Below, in pieces: positions 1-13,993 of a stretch of 64,000 nt of DNA; within the stretch, counting starts at the first letter, position 1; each line of letters starts with the position of its first letter. Source of the stretch: Callorhinchus milii (lineage: Eukaryota); NCBI RefSeq assembly GCF_018977255.1, contig NW_024704743.1, positions 95,606,001 to 95,670,000 of the forward strand, given 5' to 3'. The notes below the pieces were generated by a model that was not told where the DNA came from, did not search any database, and saw nothing but the letters and a program-made list of their open reading frames with translations. A program made the translations under genes and the position numbers.

Positions 1-1049
1 TTTGTAAAAGTGAAAGTCCAGCAATAGCCAACTTTAAGTTATATATTATTTCAAATAACAAATTACAAAAAAAATCTAACTGATTTATAGCAACACATCG
101 TGAAAAATGGTTTGGTAAAATTACTAAGTACTTAGATATAAAGGTGGAAGGGAAACCTTTTGTTATAAACGGGTTGCCCATTTCTGCAAGTGAATAACCT
201 GGAGAATGCCCCTCAATCCTTACTGTTTGCTATCATAACGTATGTATTTTGCAAGTCTCCAAGTCAAAACAAAAGTCAGAAAATTGATGATTTACACCTA
301 AAAATTCAATCAAGTGAATGAAATATTTTATCCTTTAAGGTCCTGCTATAAACTAACCCTGAGACTATTTGTACTGATCAGTTGTTTGCTATTTAATGTT
401 CTTGGGACTATGTAATGTTTTTGGTAGACAGCCCAATTGCGTGTAGACCTTTTAAAATGAGAAAGAAAGGGATATAAAGGTGATGGTGTCTGCTTTGCTC
501 TCTGTATTATCTGGGAATATGAAAAGAATGAGCTTGAATTACTGAGTAGGAACATTGTGTGTGCAGAAGAACATTGAGTTTGAAGATAGCTCAGGGAGTT
601 TAAGTAGATAAATCATTTATAGGAAGGATAGTTACATGAACTAAATAGGAAACTAAACTGGCGCAAAAAATAAAAACATTGGGATTCATTTCAAGTTGAT
701 TTGGGGGGGTGAACGGGGACGAAATTGTAGATAATAAGCTCAGGAAAATACCCGACTTAGTTCTCATGAGTGACCCAGACCCGATTCAGAGGGTAGTTGT
801 GATCACTCAGTGGCCATGACCTGAGCCAATAGAAAAGCGCGGACATATTTGCAAAAAAATTGCAATCTGTGTGCTATTGAGGTACATTTTACTGCTAATT
901 TTTTTCACTTTATTGATAAAAACTAAACATAAAATATTAGACTTGTAAAAAAATTAATTGCGTCTTTAACATAAACAGAGTAAGGAGCCATCAGCGAGGC
1001 GACAGGAGCTCACCACTCCCCATCTCTCAGAGCTGGCAGCGCATAGACT

Positions 1050-2280
1050 CACAGAGAGAGAGACACACACACTCAGATTCAGAGAGACACACATACAAAC
1101 ACACACCTGTACTCACAGACAGAGAGACACACTCACACAAACGCACTCAGACACAGAGAGGCACACAGACGAGCACGAACACACGTGCACACACACGCAG
1201 AGGCGCTCACAGGCGGAGGCGCGCACGCTCACAGACAGACACATGCACACTCACTCACAGACAAGCTCACAGACACAGAGACGCGCACACTCACACACAG
1301 TGGGAGACACACTTGTGCCCTCTCAGACCCAGACAGAGGGAGGCACGCACGCACTCGGACCCAGACAGAGGGAGACACGCACTCGTGCTCTGGGGCCCAG
1401 ACAGAGGGAGACTCGCACGCGCGCTCTCGGACCCAGACAGAGGGAGACACGCACACGGGCTCTCAGACCCAGACAGAGGGAGACACGCACTCGTGCTCTG
1501 GGGCCCAGACAGAGGGAGACTCGCACGCGCGCTCTCGGACCCAGACAGAGGGAGACACGCACACGGGCTCTCAGACCCAGACAGAGGGAGGCACGCACGC
1601 ACTCGGACCCAGACAGAGGGAGACTCGCACTCGTGCTCTGGGGCCCAGACAGAGGGAGACTCGCACGCGCGCTCTCGGACCCAGACAGAGGGAGACACGC
1701 ACACGGGCTCTCGGACCCAGACAGAGGGAGACACGCACACGGGCTCTCGGACCCAGACAGCGGGAGGCACGCACGCGCGCTCTCGGGCCCAGACAGCGGG
1801 AGGCACGCACACGCGCTCTCGGGCCCAGACAGAGGGAGACACGCACACGGGCTCTCAGACCCAGAGAGAGGGAGAGACACACACAAACGTGGATCCAGAG
1901 AGAGAGAGACATGCATGCGCGCAGACCCAGAGAGAGAGAGACATGTATGCGCGCGGATCCAGAGAGAGAGAGAGAAATGCGAACGCGGACCAGAGAAAGA
2001 GAGACTCGCATGCGTGCGCTTAGACCCAGAGAGAGAGAGAGAGAGAGAAAGATGCACGCGCGCACTCAGTCCCAGAAAGAGAGAGAAGCACACACGCACA
2101 GAGACACAGAGAGAGCACTCAGACCCAGAGAGAGAGAGAGACGCACACGCGCACTTGGACCCAGACGGAGAAAGAGTGAGAGAGCGAAAGAGAGCGCACA
2201 GACCCAGAGAGAAAGATACATGCGCACACTTGGACCCAGATAGAGACATACACGCACACAGACACAGAGAGTGACAGATT
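1050..2280. repeat. CpG-rich minisatellite (36-bp unit, occasional 32-bp variant) grading into (GA)n/(CA)n-like microsatellite on both sides; in UBR5 intron 3
   Basis: Unit ACCCAGACAGAGGGAGACACGCACACGGGCTCTC(A/G)G. Units start at 1327, 1359, 1395, 1431, 1467 and onward. The 12-aa periodicity of the ORF track (ALGPRQRETRTR) reflects the 36-bp period. Confidence 0.95.
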
Positions 2281-3080
2281 GGGAGACATTACTCAAGAAA
2301 AAAATCAGTTGGAAGACAAAGGAACATTCTTCAAAAAAATTAAGAGCATGCAGGACAAATGCAACGCGAGTAAATTGAACAAAAACACCCCAAAATAGAT
2401 CAATAAGAAATAAAAAGGGAGAATAAAAAAAAATTCAAAAGTTTATTTGGGGTGGCTAACAGTCTGAATACAGAAAGTGGCACCGGAAAGTGACAACAGA
2501 AGCAGATGAAAAAGATCATGATAAAAAGTTCTTTGACAATTCTAATAGTAAAAGGTTTAACCCTAAAGTGGCCAAAGATAGTTAAAATAGAATAAATATG
2601 ATATCATGAATGCAAACTACAGTGGAGTCTCATATAATGTGATGGTTAGGATTCATAAAATCACAATACAAGACACTGGATAACAGCACAAAACTAGTCT
2701 GCTCACTCTGGAAGACAATTTCAGAGAGCAGGGGCAAAGCCACCTCCCAACAGTAGAATGGAGGGGACAGGTATTAGCTGAGGGAGCAGAGAAGGAGTGG
2801 GGCAAGGTTGTGGAGGCAACTGAAAGAAGCAGAAGGTAATTTTAAAGTTGATCCACCAGGATAGGGAGACAGTGGAGTAGGACCGATTAAAACTGAAAGT
2901 ACATTGGGAGAGCTCTTTATTGGTTACATATATTTATTCTATATCAGATTCTTAAAATAGCTCATTCAAACATTTCATATCATTTCCCTGAAAAAGTCAC
3001 TTCAATATTATTTCAAAGTAGACACTGATAATTTATATGCAGCATATAAAGTTAATAAGTTCTGAATGCAAATACACTAC

Positions 3081-3162
3081 CTCTAGGAGAAACGCTGCAT
3101 GGTTTGGTCCCACCACACACTGCTTAATTGTAGCTTGCTCCAAAACATTCAGAGGTGGATGA
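3081..3162 (-). CDS. UBR5: E3 ubiquitin ligase UBR5/EDD, coding exon 3 (82 nt)
   Basis: ttttcccag|T CAT CCA ... CTA GAG|gtag encodes (S)HPPLNVLEQATIKQCVVGPNHAAFLLE, matching the vertebrate UBR5 N-terminus. Phase matches exon 2. No further exon was recognised in 1-3080. Confidence 0.97.
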
Positions 3163-3499
3163 CTGGGAAAAAAAAGAGAAAATTAAGTTACTCAAATGTA
3201 AAACATGTGTAAATATTGTCATCCTTGTTCCTCAAGCAACTTGAATCCTCTTTGGCGTAGACCTTGGAGACCTACACTGAAGCCTTCAAAAATCCATTAG
3301 TTGATTCTTCTGGCAGCCAGAAAAACTTTCTCTTATTTTAGAGGCAGAAAGAGAGAGAAAGAGAGATTAAAAAGAGAGCAAGAGAGACAAAAGAATAGAT
3401 TAAAAACATAGGGTGGGCGGGGAGGGGAAAAGAGTCATGAAGGAAGTGAGAAAGAAAGAAATATGGTAGAGAAATGAGGGATAGATAGAGAATATGCCG

Positions 3500-3935
3500 G
3501 GGGAGGGGAGGCTCAGGCTGCCGAAACCCTCACCCACACATTCGTCACATCAAGGCTCGATTATGGAAACTCTTCCTCATCGGCCTTCCCAACTCTTCCC
3601 TTCACAAGCTGCAGACCATCCACAACTCTGCAGCTCATTTAGTCTCACACAACAGGTCCATGACCCCATCACTCCCACCCTCGCCCAACTCCACTGGCTC
3701 CCCATTCCTCAGAGGATCGAATTCAAGATTCTCGTCCTGTCTCTTTGACCTGCTGACTCCCTACCAACCTGCCCATTCCCTCCATTCAGCGGGCTCCGAC
3801 CTGCTCTATGTCTCCCACCATCAATGGCCGGGCTTTCAGCCTCTCTGCCCCACACTCTGGAACTCCATCCCACAGTAACCCTTCGCTTCCTGATGTGAGA
3901 GGCGCTCTATAAATGTAATTGTGTGGTTGTTGTGG
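3500..3935 (+). mobile_element. Decayed L2-clade LINE 3' fragment
   Basis: Encodes ...PITPTLAQLHWLPIPQRIEFKILV, the L2 ORF2 C-terminal motif. Ends in the aggcgctctataaatgtaa tail with GTT-like repeats. Confidence 0.85.
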
Positions 3936-4764
3936 TGAAGAGAACACAACGAGAACAGGGGAGGGAGAGAACATGACAAGAAGAGGGGTGGAGAGAAAGA
4001 GAAGAGTCCAACGATAAAGGGGAGGGAACAAGAGGAGGGGAGAGAAATTAGGACCAGGATCGGGATGGGGGAAGGGAGAGAATATGAGGACAGAGCCCGA
4101 CATTATCCATCAATGATTATCCCCCCCACCATCTCAGCCACACCACATGCGCACTCGAGATTGTCTCTTCCCTTTCCTGCCCGCGCACATCACAGGTGAA
4201 CCTCTACTCACCCACCACAGGCAAACCCCTCTTTCCGCCCTTCCTCTGTACATACAACACAGGCAAACCCTTGTCTCTCCCCCCACCACCACCATTCCCA
4301 ACCATGTGCAGACTCACACCATTAAGAATTGGACTCACTATAGTATCAAATTGTCCTTGATCATTCATTTTTTCTCCAATTTTCTATCTCTTTGACTCTC
4401 TGACTCCAAGTTGATTTTATCGAAATCCTAGCCTGCATCTAACTGATGAATAAACATACTTTACCTTGGATTATAGTTGCTGCAAGGAAACTACTGTTCC
4501 TGGGAGCTTGTGCGCAGCTAAATTTGGGGATTTAAATGCCGAGGTAGAGATTCTTCTCACCCAGCTCATTTTAACTTTCCAAGCCAAAGTCCTAACAATT
4601 AAGACATATCTAACTCGACAAGAGACAGAAGACATACCAATGCCCCCAATAGTAAACTGCATTGTTTAGCTGGTTAAACTCCAGCATTGCCCCAAAGCTC
4701 AATTTAGGGTCCCAAGCACCGTCTTTGTAACCTACGCATATGCAGTGAGTCTCAATCGGTATCA

Positions 4765-5075
4765 GCCTGAATAAGTGGTAGTACTCTTGCCTCTGGGTCA
4801 GAAGATTGTGGGTTCAAGCCCACGTCAGAACTTGGTACCCACGTACTCTAGGTTGACATTAAGGCAGTGTCATGGATGCACTACATTTTCAGATGTGCCT
4901 TCCTTCGGATGAACCAAGGTCTCACCAGCTTCAGGTGGATGTTAAAGAGAAGAGGGGAGTTTTTCCCTGTATCAGGATGCTACATTCTTGTACAGAGATG
5001 GTCACTACAACTTCAAAGTAAATCTTGTGAAGTGTTTTGAGAGGTCTGCCCAATGTGAAAGGCATTATATATCAA
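4765..5075 (+). mobile_element. Old tRNA-derived Deu-domain SINE (SacSINE1-like), decayed
   Basis: Head actcttgcctctgggtcagaagattgtgggttcaagccc, core caggtggatgttaaag...ggggagtt, L2-like tail. Related copies lie near 14640-15040(-), 20540-20850(+), 22870-23270(+) and 38400-38765(-). Confidence 0.7.
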
Positions 5076-6029
5076 TACAATAATTAAGATGAAGAGGAGA
5101 AAAATAAAAAAACGCAGCCATTTAGCTAATTTTTAGTGTCACTGTTTGCTTATCCAATGAAGCCACCTAACTTAATTCCATATGCATGTAGGTTAGTGTG
5201 CTTGCAGCTATGAAGGGTCAAGAAAGGAAGGTTCAGAGGACAGTAGGGGTGATGATCATTAAACAATAAAAAATAAAAAAAGGTTGCAACAGAAGCTGGA
5301 ACCTAGAAACGCATCTATAAGATCATTAAAGCAATCATGGTTGGTTTAAAATAGTAGAGGGGCAAGAAAAAAATGCAAAGTAAGCAGATAATTGCAGAAA
5401 ATCGTTATGGAGTGCTGGTTGGAATTTTTTTTCTTTTTTAAGAACCACGACAGAAGTTAAACCTCAACATATTTATATTGAGCAAGTATATTGGGCTGCC
5501 ATGTTCGACTACAAATATACTGCGACTCCACTTTACAATACTAAATCCAAGGATCATTACTATAAAAGCTCCTCACGAGAGGTTTCCAAGATGCATCTCC
5601 TGTGGACCCACAATTCACCAGGATTTCAATCATGATTTGAAGTTCTGTACAAAGTACGCCCAAGTAAAACCAGCCTTCAAAAACATTCCAGACGGAAGTT
5701 AACTTCATGCACTGCAACCTATCACAACAGCTTCAGAAAATTCTTCAAATGGGAAAAATCACTCTCAGGGAAGGTGCTACTTACCCCCACCACCACCCTT
5801 TGGAACTCCACCCCATATTCCCTTTGCCTTGCTCCCTCCCTTGCCTCCTTCAAGGCATTTCCCAAGACCCTTTTCTTCGACCGCACCTTCGGCCATCCTC
5901 CTACCCTCCCTGATACCAATCTCCACCCACCCCATCCAAATTTCTGACTGTCCAGTGCCTTTGGACGTATTCCCGACGTAAAAGGCCCTTTACAAATGTA
6001 ACTTTGTATTTTTTGCACTTGTATTACAA

Positions 6030-6255
6030 AAATGGGTTTGATTCCCGGCAGGGCAAAACCTTGGGCAAGTTTCCTTACGCCACACGCCTAATAATAATCT
6101 CTCAAGAAAAAGAACAATAATAAATTGGTCACTTCAATCCACCACTGTTTGTGGGACACTGCTGTGCGCAATTGGCTGCCGCATTTCGCCCACAAATATA
6201 CAGTCAATTCACTTAACAATATATTCTGTGAAGCGCTTTGAGATGTCTATTATTA
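6030..6255 (+). mobile_element. Young SINE family copy, 5'-truncated
   Basis: Matches the 24948-25266 element from the B-box to the tail. Confidence 0.85.
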
Positions 6256-9200
6256 TCAAAGCACAATAATTTCAAGCTTAGATTTCAACATTAACGGGTA
6301 ATGAGTAGTTTCTGTTGATAACACCACTGGTTTTGATTTGCAACTGGATACAATTCTACTGTAAGCATTGTATATTTAACTACAGTAGATAAAACATGAT
6401 GTACACTACACCTTTCTCTTCCCCGCCAACCCATTAAAAAAAATCGCTAAATAAAAATGTTGAAATAATTCCCCTCAAATTAAAACCTACAAATTAAACT
6501 TTGCAGTTAGTTAATGTCATGGTATCCTTCTAATGCAATAAGCATCAATCAAGGTTTCTAAACACATAAAACCAACTATAGCCATCGCAGAGGCATGTGT
6601 AAACAAATCCTGACACCAGAAAGGCATTGCTGGTGTCAGTCTGGCTCAGTTGATCAGCCTCTTAGTCATAAGGCTGTGGGTTCAAGACCCACAACAGGAA
6701 TCTGAGCTCAAAGTCTAGGCTGCCACTTCAATATTGAAGGAAAGTTACATTGTAAGGAGAGAGAAGATAAGCAGAGTTTCATTGGGGCTTAGCTGGTTCC
6801 AAGGTGAAATGCCAGGCAATCGAATAATGGAATCGAATCAGTCCTCTGTGGCAGTTTCATTAATCTGATTCCTGTACCGCTGTTGATCTACCAGTTTGGC
6901 TAATCAATGGAACTTGGGAGGAAAAAACTGCACTCAACAACAACAACTTGCATTTATGTAGCGCCCTTCACATGGGTAGCATCCCAGGAGCACTTAGCTC
7001 CTGATTACCCATTATAGCTTTGGCTTTCAGGGTCGAGTGGCCTTAGCTGGACAAGCAGCAGGACGTTTGTCAGTCAGTATTCAAAATCGCAAGCTGAACT
7101 ATGTTGGTTGGATAACTCCAGCAGTACCACAACACTCTGGGGTTCCCAAGCCAACCTGTGTTAGGATTAAGAAAGTAACAGAATCTCTCGGGGGGGGGGG
7201 GGGGGGAGAGAGAGTATACACTTCATTGCAGAGAAAGAGAATTTTCATGCACATGTGGAACAGAGTCTGGCTTGGATACTCTTAAACATGGTAATAGGTT
7301 TCCATTGGGTCAGAAACTCAGCTGCCCACAAAAAATTATCCTTACTCTTTGTGAAATATGAACACCATTGAAGGATCCAGTCCACATTCCTCAAACCATT
7401 AACATTACCAATCACCTAAACACAACCATATTTTAATATGAACTATTTCCTTTCCTTCTTCCACCAAAGTCCCCTAAAAAACTAGTCAAAAAACATGGGT
7501 GCTAAAACAGTGGTTATAAAATACAAGTCAGTAATGATCTCTTTGTAGACCAAGTTACTCCCATCCCCACTTAATACTGAGAAGAGTTGACTCAGTGATG
7601 TAAACAAAAACAGATCCTTCCAGTTCACATTTTGCTACAGATGGATCAGTTGTGTGTTGAAACAGACTATGAAAAGCTGAAAATTAAATTTCACTTAACC
7701 CATTTGTAAAGAAATAATCCAGCTATCCAACTCAGAATCCTATCCCAAATATATTTCACTTGTTCCCAACAGATGAGGACTACATAAATTCTCAGCACAT
7801 TCCAGTCTTTTGCCCTTTTGACCTAAGATCATTAAAGCATAGCTGGGATTGCTGTTACTCAACCTAGCACCATCTTTACTCAGCATGCACAGTGCCTACT
7901 CTTTCAAAGAAAATGAAACACACAATTATACTAATATTACCTCTTAAAAATCTTCTGAACAAAAGCACCAATGGAGCATATGATGGTTCCACTTAGATTT
8001 TTAAAAAATGAACCAGCATTGTACTGAGAAGAAGCTCTGATCACAAAGCATACCACTTTTCAATATAAACGATTTTCACACAGAGGTGCATTTTATTTCA
8101 TATAATTAGAATACAGCCACCATAAGGGCCATATCTCAAAATTCTGGTAATTACTTTCAATTAGTCATATGAAGCAATTTAAATAAATCATGGTCAAACC
8201 ATTCCAAGACACTATTGCATCAGTCACTCCCAATTGAACAATCTGAATTTCCAATGAACACTCCACAAAAAAAGTGAAAGAGTAAATTAAATGGTGGCAA
8301 TAATTAAGACTACATCGAACATTACGTACAACATTATACCTTTGGTATAAAATTACTTTATTTAACAGTTTGCCAATGCAGATCAATAAGAAAACAGATA
8401 TTTCCTTTAAAATTGTTATTGCATCAAGTGCTAATTCCTCAAGGGGTTACTCTTTAAAATAGAAGGGAACACATTTCCTAATGCATCTGGTCCCATTAAC
8501 TGAAGTTACAAATTAGATAAAACATTTAAAATCTTATTCCTGCAACAAATTTCAATTCTAATCTCATTATACTTTATAGTACATCCTGTCAAGTGCTTAG
8601 AGATGTACTCCCAATCCAAGAAGCTATATCAAATGTAAGGATTATTGTTGATATGTGCCATATTGGGGAACCGTCACACCTGCAACTGCATCACATGACT
8701 CCTGAAAAACACAGCCAGGTATGAGCAAATGGGTGCATGCAATGCCTACTCCATTTGAGACTTACACACTTGTAATTGGAGAAAGTTAGGAAGGAAAGAG
8801 GAAAAAGAACAGTGAGTTTTTGTGGCATCTGTTTGCAGTCTGTTCATGACTGACTGACTGGTTGCAAACAATGTCTATCAAAGCACCGAGCACCTTATGT
8901 AAGGCAGTAGTATCCTTATTCCTTACACAGCAAAATACCTTAAGCCGAAATCCCAAAACACAGCTCACGTCAAATCTCAATAAAGAGGAATCCATTCTAC
9001 TAAGATAGAAAAATAGCACCTCATTTGCCAATTGTTGTAAGCAATCCAAAATGCAGAAAGGCATTTTTCACCCAATGAAAAAAAATTCTCTCATTTGGTA
9101 TACGAGATCCTTTTCCCTGTGAACTGTTTGGATTCCTGCATGTTGCATATCTATTTCAATCTGAAATGCTACACAAGCATGTTATTCTATTGAGTAAATA

Positions 9201-9292
9201 TGAAATAGATGCTTACAATTTTAAAATCACTTTACAGGAAGCCAAACTCACCACAGTGAGAAAATATTAAAAATGACAAATAGTCACAATAC

Positions 9293-9337
9293 CTGCTTAA
9301 GTTGAATTTGTTGAGTTTTTCTGATACTTCCCGTAAT
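9293..9337 (-). CDS. UBR5: UBR5 coding exon 2 (45 nt)
   Basis: ctttgcag|A TTA CGG GAA ... TTA AGC AG|gtat encodes (R)LREVSEKLNKFNLS(S). Phase 2 at both ends, joining exons 1 and 3. Confidence 0.96.
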
Positions 9338-12300
9338 CTGCAAAGAAAAAGTCAGTTGTGAAACAGAAAATTCACAAATGCAATCCTGTTGCTCAGTGCG
9401 TGCTCTCCATTCTTCATTTTCTTTTGTTCTCTCTCATGAGCTTCCACCTTTCTATCCCTAGAAATATTTTGCAGCTCTAACTTCAGTACAAAATGTGCAA
9501 CACCAGCAACGTAACATTTGATAGTTTTCCCTGACTGAAGTTCCACACTGCACAGAACACCCTAACTAATCAGTTTAACAATATTTCTTCTATTCTCCAT
9601 TGACTGCAAAGCTGAACTTCTAATTAGTGTTTGCAATGTTGCATCTCTTAAATACCAGAACAGGATTACTGATGCGACTACACAAAGCATACACAAGCAC
9701 TTTCATTTCACATTCTAAATCCCTTAGTTTGTTACTTCCAGTACAGTTGTTACTTTATGAATTCATCTGTACTCATCAACCCATTATAAAGAAACCTCAT
9801 TACAGTATTTGAACTTGAGCACTTGAGGCTGCTAAGTTACAAAATAAATCTTTAATTTGCAGATATACAAAGGTGTACATTAGTATTAGAGCAGTTTTAG
9901 GCATGGGATTAATTTTGTATATTATCATTACTTTAACTGAACTGCACAAAACATCCCATTAAGTTTTCAGATACAGCATGTGCCTAGATTCTAAAATCCC
10001 ATTGGAAGATCATTTTAGTCAGAACTTTTCCAATAGGACTGTGGAGTCAGATCCTTTCCCCAATTAGCAATTTGGATCCCTGAACTACAAGTAAAAAGCA
10101 CATATGCTGTGCAGTATAAGCACATCAGCCTAAAATGTAGCAAGAAAAAACCAGCTTGACCCATGATCACCTCCTTCTTCCTAAACACAACTGTAGGTTT
10201 TTTGAGTTTCTGTCCACCATAAATTTGGGGTATAAATCAAGAAATATTTTAAATTTTATTGGCTGACCATAAAGGTTGGACGCCACTGGTTTAAAGGCAA
10301 CCTAGCCTATAGTTCATAGAAAGCGTTTCTCCAGTGTACTTCTTTCCCAAGTGGTGCTGTATTCACAGATGTATTCATCATCCTGTTTGTTCAGGTGGAT
10401 TTTAAAGATTCTATAACAATATTCAAAGGGAGAAGTTTCTTAGTTAGCAACCATCTATGTAAACTGCTAATTCACTTTGTTACCTACACTGCACAGGACA
10501 GCAATTACCTGTGAAGGATAGACATCATAGGCGTTAAATAAATACAATTATTTATTACTTAGTAGGTTACAACACTATCAATCATCTGCTGTAATCAAGT
10601 CTCAAAATTCAGTGGTGTTACCATCATTTCAATATACAGTAATTTACGTGTTGGATTGTAACAGTTTCAACCACAGTTTGTTCATTTGAACTACAGTTCT
10701 GCCTCATTAGAACAAGGGGTTTGGAATCCATAAATTCCAACCCTCCAACATGTATACAGCTGAATGGCTTAGTTCCCACATGCCACCCATTTCCTCCACT
10801 AAACAAGTGCCCATTTTTGTGTCACTTTGCATGCACCACATGCACAGTATACAGGAAAGGACCCAAAAGTTGGCTACTTTTAATGCAGGAACCTGCCAAC
10901 ACGGGGAACCAAGCAGGCCAAGAGCAGAATGAGGTACACATGCATTCACAGTAAGCAAATCCGTACTGTAATGAAGCACAGTCTGCACTGTACTGAAAAC
11001 TCCATTATTCTAATAAACTTAATAAAAGCAATCCATACATTTGGTATAGCGCCTTTTGGCCAGGCTATCAGGAGAAACTCCCTTCTCTTTTCAGATAATA
11101 ATTCTCAAGAAAAAAATAATAAATTGGTCACTTCAATCCACGACTGTTTGTCGGATACTGCTGTGTGCAATTGGCTGCTACATTTCACCCACAAATATAC
11201 AGTCAATTCACTTTACAGTCTATTCTGTGAAGCGCTTTGAGACATCCAGAAGACATGAAAAGCGCTATATCAAATGCAAGGATTATTATCATTACTAAAT
11301 AGTGCCATGGGATATATATCATCCACCTGAACCAGCAAACAGGATATCAATTTAATTAATAACGATCATCCTTACATTTTGGGTAGAGCCTTGCATGTCA
11401 GGAGGGCTTCACAGAATATACTATAAAGTGGAGTTACTGTGTGTATTGTGGGTGAAGGGTGCAGCCGGCGTGTGTACAGCAATGTCCCACAAACAGCCAT
11501 GAAAAACCACATACTTCCAGCATTGCATTGAGTGTCAGACAAGATAACTCAGAGGGGAGAGAGCTACCAACTGAGCTAGATTTTGAGCTATATAACATGG
11601 GTGAAATCCTACAACCGAGGAAATCTAAGATATTATGAGTATCACATAAGAATTGTCTTAAGCATGACATTTACTATAGTGCACTGACACAATATGTTAA
11701 ATAAGGCAAGTGATAGCACTGCAACTAGACTATGTTGTGTTACAGGAATGATAATTGAATGAGTGACATACTTTCTAATCAGGGATCTAATATGTTAAGG
11801 TCTCATTAACTGAAGTCAGTTATGGAAAGATTTCCAAACCTCATATTCAAGCTGGTCTCCAAATCAGACACCCAAGCCACTCTCCTCTCTCAGCAGGCAC
11901 TAGCCTGCTTCATGTCCACCAACCTACCTATCCCACCATTGGCGAGTGAACTTTCAGTCTTTCTGCCCCCCCACCCCCACCACTCTGAAACTCCATCTCG
12001 GAGTCCCTCCAACTTGCTCCCTTATCTCATTCTAGAGGTTTCAAGATCTCCTCTTTAATTGAGCCTTTGGACATCTTTCCCCTCCTCCCACACCACCTCA
12101 GCTTGTACAAGCTAGTAGTTAAAATCTTTCAGACATCTTCCCAATGTGAAGCGCACTATGTAAATGTAAATCTGTATTGTATTTCAGATATCCTGCCAAC
12201 GTTTCTCTCCTGGTTAAATCTATATTTCTCCATTTCATGGAGTAAGCATGATGCTAAAAGTAACACACAAAACTACTTGATTATATAAAAATAAGTATTC

Positions 12301-13993
12301 TAGTAACAGATACATTACAGATGATCCTCAAAATCTGAAAGCAAATTGCAACCCATGAAATGTTCTTATCAAATTACATTGTACTTGGCATTCTGTACAC
12401 TGCTCCATTTGCTGTTTGGGTAAAGCCAAATTCTCCTCTCTTCTAGTCAAAATTATACAATCGAACAAATTAGCCACAGTTGGATAGCAAACAATCCAAC
12501 AAGACGGATGCACACATTTAGCCTCACTGTATTTACCTAAAAGGAACAATGTATTCAATCGCACAATGTCACTGTTAACAAATGGCCAGATCAGTCTCTA
12601 CCATGAACCACTCTGGTAACCTTGAAAACAAAATAATGCACAGAACTTTACTGAACTTCTGGAATTATTTGTCTGGAGAAACAAGTAAACTAATGGTAGT
12701 AAAATGCCTGATAAGTATTTTCATGTGGTAGATTAAAAAATAGTGACATGCATGTGTACATGGCCAGCAAAACACAATGCAAATCATAACACAAAAGCTT
12801 ATTTTCACAATGGAAGCATATATATATATATATATATCCCTGTGCAAGTAAGCAAGTAGCAAACATTGTTGGAATTATTATTATCCCAAAATGAGTTACC
12901 AAATTTGGAGTGAACATTTTCAAGAAACTAAAAGGAAAAAATTGGTTCACTTCTTCACTAACTAACTGATTGGAATAAGTATTGAAATTAGCCTGCACGT
13001 GCATGAAAGTGTTTCTGTTGTACCCATTTTCTCTGTGCAAACAAGTAAATAGTAACTGCTTTTTTTCCCTTCCAGATGTTGAGTGACCTCTATATATATT
13101 TCTAACATTTTATTTGATGATGAGCAAAGTAAAACACAACACACTTAATTGACAAGTAGACTGTCAGTTGTCACTGATCTTGATTTTCAGCTTGAACAAT
13201 GACCAGATAAACCTCACTAGCAAAAACACATTAGCAGAATGCACCATTTTGTGAATCAATTTGCTTCTAAAATAACAGTCAATTGATGCTTTTCTTACAT
13301 TCTTTAAACAGGTTACATCCCAAAATATAGTAATGGATCTGACACAATTGAATCCTCAACCGCTTTAATGAAGACTCTTTTTAAAACCTTGCACCTTTCA
13401 TGTAAGAAAACATCTTGAAGTGCTTTAGAGAGGCAGAGCAGCAAACCAAATAAGGTAGGAGATGGGGTGGATAGGAGAAAGATGGGATGGGTTGAAGGAA
13501 GATGACCACAGCTGAGGTCAAAGAGATAGATTTTCAAAAAGGTTTTGAAAAAGGATTTGGGAAGAACAAGATGGCTGAACGATTGTTACCAATGATGGGA
13601 CAGACATTTAGCAAGCCCAAGTTAACAAAGGAAGTAGAAGTGAAGAAAATTAGAGGCAGAATGCGGCAGAGGAGGAGGAATTTGAAAGTCTGAATGAAAG
13701 GATACTCCCTACTCCAGATAACTCGTCACTGAATCCTTTACAGAATTTACTGTATTTACAATATACCAGCCCATCTGTCTGACTTTCTCTCAAGACATTC
13801 TCTCCCTCTCTCTCACCAACTTTGTTTAACACAACTTTCTTTTACTTATTCTCTATCAAACTTCTTATATCTCTGACTCTGAGACTGCTGTGCTCTTTCC
13901 CCCTCACCCCACCACCACCCCCGACTCCAATCCTCCCAGGTTCCTACTTACTGCTAGGTAAATAAGAGGAAATTGGTGTAAGGAAACTTCCTT

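Noticed and set aside
1185..2296. Long overlapping ORFs (up to 352 aa) on both strands; repeat array superficially CRISPR-like
   Set aside because: The ORFs arise from a stop-poor 36-bp tandem repeat. The variable parts are sequence variants of one another rather than unique spacers, and the context is a vertebrate intron with no cas genes.
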